From assembly GCA_036172245.1 (NCBI GenBank), contig JAYWIR010000025.1:930001-994000 (forward strand): a DNA stretch of 64,000 nt, written 5' to 3'. Within the stretch, counting starts at the first letter, position 1. Each line of letters starts with the position of its first letter. The notes under the pieces were generated by a model. That model ran no database searches. It was not told the DNA's origin and saw only the letters and a list, made by a program, of their open reading frames with translations. The DNA comes from Raillietiella orientalis (lineage: Eukaryota). The translations under genes were made by a program, and so were the position numbers. This document shows positions 12,451 through 25,119 of this stretch, piece by piece.

Positions 12451-14599
12451 CGGATGCGAGCGAAGCAACGATGGTGGGGCATGTCCAACATCTCCCCTTT
12501 GACATCTTCCTCTCCCTCCCGCTTTGGCTCTGAACCACGGGATACGAGAGTATCGTCCGGGACGGTTTTCTTCCTTTTACCAGGAGGTTTAGGAAGGAGG
12601 AAAGGGTTCTCGTGGGATGTGTCCTACCTTGGGGGTGGGGACACATCCGAAGAGAACCGGGTAGTCCGGGGAGACTGCCGCGTCATCTTTCTAACCTTCA
12701 TTCGAGAGAATGCGCGTAAGGGAGGGAGGAAGGAGCGGAGGTGAAGGGGGAGGGGGGGTGAGGCAGCCCCGACTCCGATGGAAGGACAGCGCTCGAGAGA
12801 CCTTGAACCCTTCCAAGGTCTCGCGGTGTCCTCCGGAGGAGAACACTCCCTTGGGGTTTCGGGGAACGACTGCCCTCCATGGTCGGCCAGTTGCACGCCG
12901 CTGCAGGTCACGCGCTTCCCCCTTCCATCCATCTCCACGAGCAAGAACTTCAGAAACATCGGGAGCGGACCCCTTTCGTCGCTCGGTCTCATCTCCCGTT
13001 CGCCGGTGGATTTCCTCGTCTGCTGCCAGACGCTCGGGGCGCTCTCTCTCTCCTGAGGAGGGCGCGAGTGGAAGAGAGGGCGAAGCTCGGGTTCTTCTTC
13101 CCCGCCCTCGCCACACAGCCTTCCGGCGTTCCCTGCCTCGAGGGAGCCTGGACCAGCTCTCCGGAGGACTCCTTCCAGGCGTCTCGGGCGCTCTCCCTGC
13201 TGGAGGTGAGGAAACTGAAGAAGAGGAGGAGGAAAAAGGAAGGAGGCATCTCTTTTCTAAGAGCTCTCTAGACGGGTCAGTCGAGAGGAAGAGTCCGTTT
13301 GTCCCTGTCCTGTTCTTTCCCATCACCGACATCACAGTGGCTTCCGTGGCCCCATCCCATCCTCCTCTTCCTCCTCCTCCCTTTCTCGTCAGTCCTCCCG
13401 CTGAAGCTTCACGATTTCCTAGGAGGCGCATCAGCGCACCTCGTAAACTCCCCCGGTCGGCACGCGAGAGGTCACCGCGGTTCCAGAGATCACCTCGGGA
13501 GGGCCTCCAGGAAAGGCCGGGGGACACCACGGACTGCTCGAGCAGGGGCGGTGACGGGCGATGTGCGGGGAATGGAAGCGACGTCTTCACGGGGATCTGC
13601 CGCTGAACTCTTGCTCCCGTGCGCCCGGAGACCATCGCGCTACTTCGCAGGCCGTGTCAGCCTCCCTCTGTGCAAACGCTTCCTGCCGGAGGAGACGCCA
13701 TGCCACTCATTCTGCGTTCGTAAGGCCCGCCCCCGCGAGGGAGTCTGCCCCTCGCTCCCCGTCGCCTACTGGATCGCAGCGATATCACCAGGCAGGAGAT
13801 TCAATGACCTGCTAAGCAAGGGGAGAAGGAGTAAGGTGACGCGGGCTCCACAAGAAGCGGTCCGCAGGCGTGCCTTCTGGAGGCGGTTCGGAAGCGTCTG
13901 TGAGCTCATCGAGGGAAGGTCGCTCTCGTGGACATTATCCGGTTTCCCCTCCGTCCAAGACTCCGACCTCCGCGGCAGAGCCCTGCTTCTCTGTTCCCGT
14001 ATCCGCCCGACTTCCACGAGTAGAAAGGGGCACCCGACTCGTGCTCTTCGTGACCTCGTAGAATATCATACTGCTCTTCGTGAGCTTCTTCGTGAGCGTT
14101 TTAAGCGGTTTAGTGCTCGTTAGGAGCCTCCAAAGCTGGAAGGAAGGAAAGGAGAGCGCTGGATGCACCCCGATGACCCCTTCCCTTCCCGAAATGCCAG
14201 CTCTCGGTCAGCCCTCTTTGGAGCCTCTAGGGGTCTCCCAGCTTTTCTTTCGCAGGCATTTTGAGATAGGAGCAGCAGCATCAGTGGCGACTAACCTCCG
14301 TGGAACGGATGGATCAGGAGGATGCAGCCGACCTACCTTTGTCGAAATGTTAGAAAGGCAGGCCCGAGGGCATCTTTCGCGACGTGTCAGGAGGGGGAGA
14401 GGGTGTAACGCACTCGCTCTCTACCGTCTGCAAGAAAGAGCGCACGGGCTGGAGCTTGGCCGCCGCTGGTGCGTCCGGGACTCCCGCTCGGAGGCGAAGG
14501 TCTCTGAGATGGAACGGACGTGGAGGAGGAAGCCGAAACAAAAAAAGAGGGACTCATTTGCCCGCCTGCCGGCTGTCCACGCTCCACCCTATGAGGTTG

Positions 14600-15250
14600 C
14601 AAGTGCGCGAACATGCATGTCTGGAACGGGAACGTTGACAACGACTGCGCCACACGCAACCACCTGCCAGCTCCCACGAATGCATCCCCAACTGCTATTT
14701 ATCCGTGGTTCCCTGACATCATCTCTCCTAATGACTGACAGAGGCACGACTTCCCTCGTGTAGATGACACAGAGGCCGCCTTCAACAGGAGAGGCGCAGT
14801 GCCACGGTGTAAATGGGCGCTCGTCGGACGGCAAAGGGGTTGCCTTCTTTTTTTCTTCTTTGCATTTTTTTCCGGTAAACCAGGAGCTCCAGGAACGACC
14901 AAAAAATCCCGCCAATGGCGCGCCCGCGTGCACATGTGTGTTCGAAACGCCCTGTTTCTGAATCCTCTACGGTCAGAAAGTAGGACCCCTCACAAGGTTC
15001 CTTGGATCGCACGCGTCCGTTTTCTACTGCCACCCTGCCGGGCACAGCAGCAGCAGATTCACGAAACATGGAAGTGCGGACGGCATCTTCGGCAACTTTT
15101 GAAAAGACATATCATAGAGAACCTTCAGCACCTCCGCGGTTCCCTTTTCGGAGTTTCTGGATGCAAGGCACCTCCATGCTTGCTAGCCCTGGACCCACTT
15201 GGCAACCATAGGGAACGTTCCGTGTCCGACCATCTTGACGGCAAGGGTGA
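14600..15250 (+). mobile_element. Degenerate gypsy integrase core relic, interrupted by a repeat insertion
   Basis: LFIRGSLTSSLLMTDRGT (cf. RxGxP...TDRGTxF) ends at ~14755. YCHPAG...RF and RHLRQLLKRHI resume after ~15020. Confidence 0.4.
14763..14900 (+). repeat. Dispersed repeat, copy 2 (pairs with 9518-9630)
   Basis: See copy 1; 20 of the first 21 nt are identical. Confidence 0.75.
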
Positions 15251-17799
15251 CGAGGAAGGCGGAACCAATTAAACATTCTTTAAAACTCAGTGACACCAAG
15301 AACGGGAAAATTCGAATGCTGCTTGCGAGAGAGGGAGGGAGGGCGGGGAAAGGGAGGCGGAAGGAGAAAGAGCCCAGCGACACACCACTCTTTCGACACA
15401 ACAGCAACCCATGTACCACATGTGGTCGGACGAACATCCGCAGGAGCAAAATGGGACTTTTAAAAGGAAGCTTTCGACGGAAGGGCCAAAAGCGACGTGA
15501 AGAAACATCGCTCGGGATAAAGACCTCGGGAAGCAGACCCGAGATCCTGACTCGGGGATCTGAAACTTCACCATCCGCACTTTGTTGACTTTCGCAAGAC
15601 GGGTGAAGTCTGGCACCTTCGACAACGGGTGATTCACCATCGAGTGAAGGAGCAGGAAGAAGCCAGGAGAAGACTGCTCTGTAAACCCTGCCCACAGCTT
15701 CGTGCAGACGGAGGCCAGAGACAGACGAAACAGGAGGCCCTTTACCTGCCGCTGCGTTTCCACGCCAGCCAGGCGTCCCATTCAAGCACCGCTGCGTGCT
15801 CACCAGCAAGTCACTCTCCCTCTGCAAGAGGGAACCCTCGCGAACGTTCTTCGAGAATTCGGTCGCACGGGAAGCTGAAGGAGGTGCTCTCCCGCCTCTC
15901 CTAGAGCAGAGCAAAAAGGGACAGGAGGCAAATCGGGAACACTCGGGTGTTTCCTGGCATTTCGGAGCTCCGGGAACGAAGCTCCGAGAGGAATTTTCCT
16001 GCCGGGAACGAGGCACGCCGTCCGTGTCATTCCATCCAGGTTGCGTCCATCCCGTCCCGCATAGAAGGGGATCGGCCGGTCAGGAGCGTCGCGGTCCCTA
16101 ACCGCTGGAGGCTACGGAACACATGTTCGCTTCCCGGTTCTGTCGCCAAATCCACCTCTCTAGCGCCACTTCTTCCGCCGTCTCAGTGTCGCTCGTTTTG
16201 GCCGGCTGTCATCGTAGTGGATCCCGCAGACGTGCGGATTCCTTCTTGCCCATTCTTCCCAACAAGCTGCTCCTTCGACTTTGGCTCATGCTGCGTCTCT
16301 TCGGATCTCCCCCCTCTCCCCTTCATCCTCGCCCCTATTTGGAGCGACGACTGGAGTCACTCCAGAAACGGATGCCACTTTCCTCCCGCTCGGCACTTCC
16401 GGAGGCTTTCCTGACTGGAGGAACTACCGTTTTCCTTCTTACAGTTGACTCAACAACTCATTCATCGACCGCCGAAACGGAAACAAAGACGCGACCCTCG
16501 TGCACGCAGTTAGTGATTTCGAAGAACGCAATACGTGCTCGGAAGTCGGTTGCCAGCTCCTCGCTGACGTTCCAGAAACCGTGCCTCCAAGGAAGCATCG
16601 GGAAAAGCTCTAGAGCTTTCTTTCGGCTGAGTGGTTGCGTTTCACACCGTGTCAGTGCCGCCGTTGGGATCTACAGCAGAGATGGTCAGCCCTGAAAACA
16701 CCTATGGTACAAGGCGGCAGCACCCGCAGCGAACCTTTGCGGCGAGGGGACAAGTCGGCAGGAGCATCGGCTTATGGGGTGTAGCTCGAATCCCCTTTGT
16801 CCACCGGGAGCGATGGAAGAAAGACCGTAGCCTTCCGAAAGTCAGGCCGTGAATGAATGATGAGCTTATCAGCAGCGGGATACGACTTGGTACCACTGAT
16901 AACCCGCGTTTTCCGTCGGACATTGGCCATTCCACTCATCTGCTCTGCGGCGGGACAGCGAAGGGGGCAGCCGTCACGTTCCGTCTCGGCCTCTGCGAGA
17001 TCTCGGTCTGCCTTTTCACTCGCTCGCTCTTCCCCGCGAGCAAGTGCCTGCGCGTTATGGCAAGGCAAATCGGCGCCGATGGAGGAATCTTTGGAGCAGA
17101 GGCAGAAGCGACCGAGATGACTCGGGAGTGGTCTCTTCGTTGGGCATTGGCCGAAATTCCACTGCAAGGGAAGGGCATTCGGCAACTGTGGAATGCCTTG
17201 GGCTCCTCTCGAGGTTTTCCTTCCTTTCTCTTTCCCTCTCCCAGGACGCCTTTCAGAGGCGCAATTTGAACTCCGCTTATCTCTTGGTGCTGCTTGAGGA
17301 AAGATCGAGGTTTTGCTTGCTTGAGGGGGAAGGGAAAGGCCAGCTCGATTTCGTAGGCGGCTGCTGCTCGTACTGCAAGACCGAAGTCAGCACAGTGGTC
17401 TTGAGATCCCTCTTCCCTTCGCGGACGACGTCTCCCCCGCTCTCGGCGATCCGACCGAATGAAGAGAATGAGGCAGGCGCAAGCAAGGAGGCGCGCAGCT
17501 CGGGCAGCTGGGAGGAGAGGACGCGATGTTTCGGGGGGATCGGAGAGCTGTCTGCGTGTGCGTAGCATCGGAGTTCGGCGGAGGAAGAACGGGAAGCGAG
17601 AAGCAGAAAGAAAGGAAAGAATTTCGGGCGGGTTCGTGGGGCTCAAGGATTGAATCCAGAAGCGCGGATGCAGTTCCGGCGTTTCTTCACGCGACGCACA
17701 TCCGTCAGGTTGGTGGGTCGCGCGCGCGGTCCCCCTCTCCTCTCTCCCCTTCGCTGCTGCGCACGGCTCCCTATCGATCGCGTGATTTCTAGAGCACGG

Positions 17800-18060
17800 T
17801 GGGATGCACCCATGGCGTGCTGCCTCGAGTGCACCTGCCTCAAGAATCAAGGAGACCCGAACCCTGCTCCCAGGTATGAATCTGGAAGAGAGAGGGCTTG
17901 TCTCCGAGATGCAAGGGCAGATGAGGAGCAGCCACAGGAGCTCTTTCGACAGGTGGACGCCACTGATCTATGTGGTTCGTTCAGATGCGAGTGCCACTCC
18001 ACCCGAAAGCTCCCTACTCATTCTGTCTTCTACCAATCCTTTCATGTCCAGTTGACAGGG
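17800..18060 (+). mobile_element. Ty3/gypsy integrase GPY/F-module relic
   Basis: One frame reads PAPRYESG..ACL...CGSFR...KLPTHSVFYQSFHVQL, matching PAPxYxxGDxVWL...GPF...LP...HxxFHVxLL. Confidence 0.5.
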
Positions 18061-19009
18061 GGGGAGAACGGAAAGACGCCACAGTAGCAGAAGAAACAAG
18101 GAAAAGCAAAGGAAAGCCGTCTCCTTCCTTCCAAACACTTCCCTCGCACCGTCGACCGAGGGGAGTGACACCTCCAACCCTCAGGCTGAAAGCCTAGTCC
18201 CGGGATGCACCTTTCCGGAAAGGACGAAAAGCGCCGACTTGTAACTCTTTGGAGCTGCTTCGTCCACGCTTCGGACGGAGAGTGTGGGACGAAGGCGTGC
18301 CGCCCGCTTCAAGAAAACGGAAGCGCTTCCTGTTCGAGTGGCGAGCGACTTGCGGCTAGCGGTCCTTTTTTTCCGATCTGTCTGAGCCATCAGAAAGCCT
18401 GTGCAACGCATGCGTTCTGACTCGACACACCATAAACAAACTTTCGGTAGCCCAGCCCGGCTCACGTGCTCGGGCGCTGTGGACCTATCGCCGAAATCCA
18501 GAAAGCGTCGTCCACGGGTCGGCTGCACGAGGAGCGAGTTGACCTGTTCTTCCCCGGTTGACAAAGATGAGGAGCTGCCGCTGTTCGTCATTCTGCGAAA
18601 GCTCTAGCGGCGAACATCACGGTTTCCGGAGTGTACGGCATTTGGGAACCCGAATTTTTCGATTGTGCGAAGCCATAGGCGTAAGTCCCTTCCGAGTTTC
18701 ATTTCTGTAGACGTCCGGGCTTCAATGATGCACTTCAGGAATCCGATTGCTGACAGCCAGGTGACACTGGCTAGTGCTGCAAGTAATCCACAGTCAAGGT
18801 CAGTTCTTCTTTGTTTTCAAAGCAGAAATTGGCGTAATCGATTTATAGACTGAATGAAGCACGGGTGAACCGCTTTCTGCAGGCAAAACAGATGTTCCCA
18901 ACGGGAAGCAATGCTATTAGGAGAAAGAAAACGAAGTCTGCACGAAACGTGTTCCCTGTGTTCTTCTCAGCCATGTGTCCGTGCAAACGGATTCTTTTGA
19001 AAGAACGCA

Positions 19010-19490
19010 CCGATGTACACGCGTTTGTGCACGCATCAGTACATTTTACAAGTCATTCGGGTGCACGTGTTTGAAGATCGGAGGGACTGTGTATTTGAAC
19101 ATAACTGTGATACGAATACCTAGCTGTATCGTTGTTTGCATGTACTCACATGCGACTGTTATCTGTGTGTACCTTACATGCGGAGAAATAGGAGGGTGTC
19201 TGCAGGCATGTTTGACGTGTGGGTGGATGTACATATTCTCGTGTGCGTATACTGCTGCCCTGGAGATCCACCTCTTTTTTTTCTTTTTTTGATCTGTACT
19301 TTCCCGAATGCATACGTACATGCATGCACGTGTGTGTATGCATGTACATTAGTGTTCACTGCATTAGTAGTTACGACCGGTGAATGTACGTCGAAGGTTA
19401 GGGTATTTGTTGCTGAACTTTAGGATGCTTGTTGTATGTGAAGAGTGACATATTCACACTTCTAGAGCTTTTGGACTGCTGTACACATTT
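19010..19490. repeat. Degenerate purine-pyrimidine alternating (TGCA/TGTA/CGTA) low-complexity tract
   Basis: e.g. atgcatacgtacatgcatgcacgtgtgtgtatgcatgtacat at ~19308-19350. Similar tracts occur at ~27900-28100 and ~31090-31330. Confidence 0.7.
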
Positions 19491-21211
19491 GGGTTATGGA
19501 TTCTATTTATACGGTGCGCTCTTTCTCGTCGGAGTCTCCCTTAGCAACTGCACATCCCAGTTTTCCAGGCTAGGGCCTCTGTCGCTCTCAAATGTGTTTC
19601 TACCCGCTGGTTTGGCGCTGGCCAAGCGTCCCAATCCAAAGATACAACACTCGTTTCTGTACGCGGTTTTTTCGTTCCTTGCCAAGCCACCGGCAAGGAA
19701 CGAAGAAAAAAACGGAACGAGATAAAGCGCGGGAGTAAATAAACAGAGCGGGCACTCCCAGGAGGCCTCCGGTACTCCGTTCTGTCGCCTGTTTTTTTTT
19801 TTCTTTTGCTACCTCCCCCCCCCTCTCGCTCCGTGCTTGCTCATGTGAGTCTTCTAGCCATTCTGCTTTGGTGACCTTATTGTGGGTCGCCTACCAGGAA
19901 AGGCAGCTTGGCATCATCACTTCGCTCGTGAGCTGAGACTCAGTTTGGCGGGGGCATCCTGCTCGTTGCTGCCGCCACACTTTTCTGGCGTCTCGTTTCC
20001 GCTTCTTGGTGCCGAGGGTTCGAAAGGGGTAGCCGAAGAGTACGGACCGACGGGGTCCCTTCAAAGAGATTGGGAGGTTACGCGGTGCAGAAGCGGAAGG
20101 TATTTGGGGATGGGGGGAGAAGACTAGAACGGCTTGCAGGTGAGAGCAGGTCATGACGGACGCCCGATACAGGGAAAGGCCTCAGAGTATTTGAGTGTCT
20201 GTCGAACTGTCTCTTCCTGCACTGCGGGGCACTTTCTTTATCCGCCTGCGACTCACACAGCTGCTCATGTCTCAAGATCACAGCTTGAAGAGCTCTTATG
20301 CTGCATACCAACGGTCATCTTTCGGTTCATGATCACATCTCCTTCCTTTCACATGAGGGTTCCACAGAACCGGAGGAGATCAATGGATGCGAGAAGCCAA
20401 GCAGCCGCGCAGCGGCATCGATGGGCTTAGGGAATAACAGGGACTAGCTGTGGGGCACACGCATACAGTACGTGTCAGCAAGCTGCATCTTTCCAGGGAT
20501 ATTTATTTCACTTTGCAGATTTAGACCGAAGAAGCGACAGAGAGCCTATACCTTGACGTCACAACTCAAGGGAGTGCTCCTTTGTTATTTTATTTCCTCT
20601 GGATTTATTGATCACATCTGGTTTGAAGGTCAACTTTCCTCCCCAGTATCCTCTTTCGAAATCCCTACCCAAGATCTTGAAATGCTTGTATATCAGCCAA
20701 GTGGCAACACCGACTCCCTACTTAAGGAGGAAAGATTCGAGTGTTGTCCTCAGGAATGATCTGAAAGTGGTTAGAAATTAATAAGCTCTATCGAAAAATT
20801 CCACAACGAAAGAGGTCTGCTTCGTTTGTTTTCTTTGCAAGCGCGTATGTTGAGATCCGTCAACTGTGGTGGATCGCCGGTGAGGGTGATTGAGGCTGGA
20901 ACTCCTATTCATCGTCGAGGCTGTGTGGATGCTGTGCTCGGGTAGAGGTGGATATCCGATGGCAACGCGTCGAGGGTTGGCTGCCTGTCACTTCGCCCAC
21001 TTCGCGCTCATTCGTCGTTTGACTCTTGTACAGGACTTGCAGAAGTTTCTCAGAGCAGTTTTTTCCTTTTTTTTTTTCTTAGAAACGTCATCCGACGTAA
21101 TGGTGATTAACTGGTAAACTCAGCGTACCAACATGTTGACCATCTTTCCTCAGTGCTCTACCAGGCGTTCTCATGGAATCTTCTTAAGCTAACCAAAAAG
21201 ACGAGAAAATG

Positions 21212-21276
21212 ACTTTCTCCAGGAATGAGGAAGCATTCCTCATTCCTGGAGAAAGTTCCAGGAATGAGGAAGCATT
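21212..21276. repeat. Perfect 21-bp inverted repeat plus 20-bp direct duplication
   Basis: actttctccaggaatgaggaa-gca-ttcctcattcctggagaaagt (21212-21256), then tccaggaatgaggaagcatt (21257-21276), which repeats 21218-21237. Confidence 0.95.
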
Positions 21277-21479
21277 AGAAGAGAGAAAAAGATCCTCACT
21301 ACTTCTTTCTGCCTAGGTTTTCCGTTCGTGGAAGATCTTACAGGAGAGCAAGACGAGTCACGTTCTTTCACAACAGAAAGGCTGTTTCTGTAAGGAAGGC
21401 ATCAAAATAGAATCAGAACCGTTCACATTTATCTACGATTACATGAAGAGCACTGAAACATCCATTGGTAACAGGAAAA

Positions 21480-22205
21480 TCAAGGATTACAAGATTCCAG
21501 GATTACAAGTTCATTCACGTAGCAAGACTCAACGTACTGCCAATCGACGCTCCCGGCCTATCCGGGTGATAAACTGCGAATCGACGCTGGACCAACAAGA
21601 AAACCAGAAGAACGCATATGTTGACGTTGCGGGACAGAAGACGAAATGTTGTCCCACATACTAAATAGATGAAGGAAACACGTTCCTCTGTCCATGACAT
21701 GCCACGACGCTATTCAGGAAATAATCAGAAAGGTCGCAGTGGATGAAGCAAAGTGGAGTCTTGTGTCAAGAAACCAGAGAGCACCAAGAATAACTTCCAG
21801 TCTAAAATCGGATCTGGTCATGGAGAAAGGAAACCGGATATGTGTGCTAGATGTCTGCGGTCCATACGAAAGTGGAAGAGAGGCGTTCAGCACAGCCAGG
21901 AAGAAATAAGGAAGGAAAATACAAGGACGTAGCACTACAGCTGGGAAAAGGTGGAAAGCAAAGCACACGCGTTCATCGTTGACTCTCTGGGAGCATGGGA
22001 TCCTGGTAACGAAGAAGTATTACAAGATCTAGGAACACCAAATAAGAAGCTGGTGGAACTGAGGCACCGGATGGTGGCTGCGTGTATCCGGTACTCCAGC
22101 GATATCTATGCAGCCCACGTCGCAAGGGAAACCGATAGCCAGCCGGAGAATCCAGACAATCTTCTCCCGCCATACAAAAGCCAGGAAACAGAGGAAGCAC
22201 CATGA
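21480..22205 (+). mobile_element. Pseudogenised 3' end of a NeSL/Utopia-like non-LTR retrotransposon (CCHC finger + restriction-like endonuclease)
   Basis: KFIHVARLNVLP; C*RCGTEDEMLSHILNR* (CCHC with stops); CHDAIQ (RH motif); LKSDLV (PD); VLDVCGPYE; ARKK; AFIVDSLGAWDPGNEEVL...MVAACIRYSSDIY..H. These closely parallel the Utopia/NeSL C-terminus as I recall it (IVGALGAWDPxNE...IRWSRDIY.EH). Confidence 0.85.
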
Positions 22206-25119
22206 AGAGGGGTGAAGAGCGTCCCAATTGAACAGAGGAGTAACTGCGAAAGAATGTCCAGAGCCTCCAGCAACCAGTTATGTAACAGGAAAACGAAGAC
22301 CACATCTATCACTTCATGATCTTTATTTCAGGAAGTCATCTCGATCTCATGGGAGTAAAACTTGCCGAACAAAAACAAAGCCTACTTTTCTAAGGATAAG
22401 AACTAATCATTATTCTGGAATGGTCCGCACACATGTTTTTTTTCCTTTCTGACAGAAGAACTGATTGGATGCCGACCTGCATGGTTAACTGCTTCTCAAG
22501 CAGTACGAACTAGATGACAAGAACACTTGAAACACTCATATGCTGTTCAACTGAAGCACTGGTGAACTAGCATCTTTTCATCTCGGTGCTGATTACTAGA
22601 TTTTTTTTTTTTTTTTGAGGAAGAACTTGTTTTCTCTGTCTGCCAAACTATCAAGGAGGTCAATCGAACTTGAAGGATTCACGCAACCAAAGCAGATTTG
22701 AGAGAGTGAAAAAAATAATAATAACAGTCTTTGACCAGTTTCCGGAAAGAAAGAAACTTCCTTGCCTGAGCCAACTATCGGCATCGCCGCTACTTCTTGA
22801 GACTTGCCGGTTTTGTCATGTCTCCAATGACGTCAAATACCACCGGCGAGCAGCAAGAAAGTGAAACGCCTGTAATTGGAATCGAAGACAAATGCCTGAC
22901 AATCCTATCACCAATCTCAGAGGAATGAGTCCAGGACTCAGGGCCAAACAGAGGAACTCGTCCCTGGATCAGTGAGCAAGGTGCTGAACGCAAGAGCTGA
23001 TCAGAGCTGACGGAGGAGGCACAAGTTGCTTTCTATACGTCCCACACAATGGCAGACGTGCAGATGCAGGGCAAAGTGCTCTGAGCTTCACAAAATCTTG
23101 GTTGCGCTCCGTTGCTAACGCTCACCTTTTCCAATGTCGTCAAAATAAATAGTTGTCCTAATGATGGTTCAGGTGCCGGTCTTATGCGTTCTTCAACGAT
23201 AATTATAAAGCGCGTGAGAAGAGATAAAGTTCGTTTTATTGGCTAGGTGGAGAAAAACAACAGAATAAGTCAAAAGATTCTTTAACGGAGACGGATCTTC
23301 CGATGGGGATACGGCAACAGGACGTTTATTTGTTTCATTGATGGAAGGACTAATGAAACAAAGCAGTAACTGGATCTGAAGCTTGAAAACAGAGTCAATG
23401 ACGCTTTGGAAAAGAAACAAACTATGGTCTATGTAGGGAAGGCAGATGAACCTCCCTGTACTTATGACCTCTGTCAAATGGTTTCGCTTCATTCATTAAA
23501 ACCTCCTGAATACAACAGAAGATAAGAGTGACTCGTATATTTGACGATGGACAGTGACCTCCTTACTGAAGCTTTTGCGGAATATTCATCCCACCCATAC
23601 TGCAACTTCTTGACCCGTAACTTGAAGAACTATTTTGCAAGTCTCTTTACATAGCTTGTAGGGTTCTTGATGGACAGGGTGCCGGATGCATTTACCGTGC
23701 TGAAGTAGAAAGGCAAATTTCCAGTTTCATGTGTCCTTGAACACCAGAACGGGAGCATGCCTTCCGAACGACAGAACCAGAGAGAATTGTGATCTCCAAT
23801 GGGATCTGATGCTTGCTTGGAACTCCCGATGATCTTAGGCTGGAAAGAAGAACATGCACGAACGTGGTCTTCATACAGTGGCAAGGATTGATTCCAGTCC
23901 AAAGCTCATCGACAGAGATACATCGTTCCGAAGCTGGAAGGAATCTGAGGTTTCCTGCGCCTCTGCATGATGGCAACCCAGTTGTCAGGATGTCAGTCGC
24001 TTTTCACGCAGACCTTGCTGGTTTCCTCCGAACGCGATGAGTGCACAGAAACGGCGGCAATCTTGGATGAGAATCAAGGTCACCTGAAACACGTTACTGG
24101 CCCTCGTGAGTCGAGGCTATGGGGGATTCGGATATCGGATCTTGCCACAGCTCTTAGCACGGGTGGCCCGTCGAGACCCGAATTTCCGTACCGGTCAGCA
24201 GTTTCCCTTTGTGAGACAGCGGAGCTCATCGGCCACGCAAGACCTGATGTGGCCAATGTCGTGAATCCGTGGTGCTTTCGTGGTGTTTCGAGGAAGGTTC
24301 CGCTCTGCCTCGTGTCGAGCACGCGAGCAGTTCAAACGAGGGAGCCTTTCAGGACCTATGGACCGGGACTCTCGTGGAAGTGCACTGAGGGAACGATGTG
24401 TCGGAAGGGAACGCTGTTTTGGAAGTAGCAGAGGAAGGTGGCAGCGACCCTCATTTCCCAATCTCATCCAAAGTACCCCTCTCGCGAAATCGGTCGGGGA
24501 AAAATTCTATCTTTCAATCGTTGTGCGTAGGAAGATCGTTGGTCAGGAAAGTCACACGAAGGGAGGGAGGGGGGGAGGCTCACACATCGACTGCCGTACG
24601 TAGCACGGAGCAGGATACCCCATCGGGCAGCAGAAGAGGGGGAGTGTATAGAGTGTATAGTTTGCTTCTGCATCTTCCGTGCATCACTTCTATCCGCCCG
24701 TGTTAAAAAGGACGATGAAGCGGATGAAAAGATTCAGCGCAATCTGCTGAATTCGTGGAGGAGGAGGGGAGGACAAGCCACCACTTCGTAGACGACTGCG
24801 ACCTATTTCAGGAGAACAGATGTCTCCTCCTGCCCGCCATCATATTCTGATTCTTTCCTTTATCGTCACTATGCTGATCTTTGAGTCCCTAATTTCAATT
24901 TCTCGCCCAAGTGGTTGATCAAACGAAGACTCACCAAGAATTGCAATCCGTCTGATGCTGCTGTGTTCCATTTTTTTTTTTTTGCATTCTCCTTTTATTC
25001 CACTCATTCCGCGATGAAACTGAATGCTTCACTAGAATTCCTAGTCCAAGCACCTCTTCTTTTTCACCCGCATTCTGACCCGACAGTGGACTTTCCCTAT
25101 CTCCCCGATTAACCATGAC

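Noticed and set aside
12691..13635. Overlapping 314-aa and 298-aa ORFs on opposite strands
   Set aside because: Low-complexity R/P/S/G translations, no domain motifs, and open on both strands as expected for GC-rich non-coding DNA.
15405..15445. CTTCGR zinc knuckle or WSDE Tc1 motif
   Set aside because: Isolated 4-6 residue matches with no supporting neighbouring motifs.
16936..17850. 304-aa minus-strand ORF
   Set aside because: No recognisable domain and the same GC-driven composition.
22390..22410. U2 snRNA target remnant after the RLE element
   Set aside because: Only a 9-nt match (gttcttatc), in the wrong orientation.
22900..23900. BEL/Pao relic (AK-IVLQ...GWDE on the minus strand)
   Set aside because: Only one weak motif; not enough to call.
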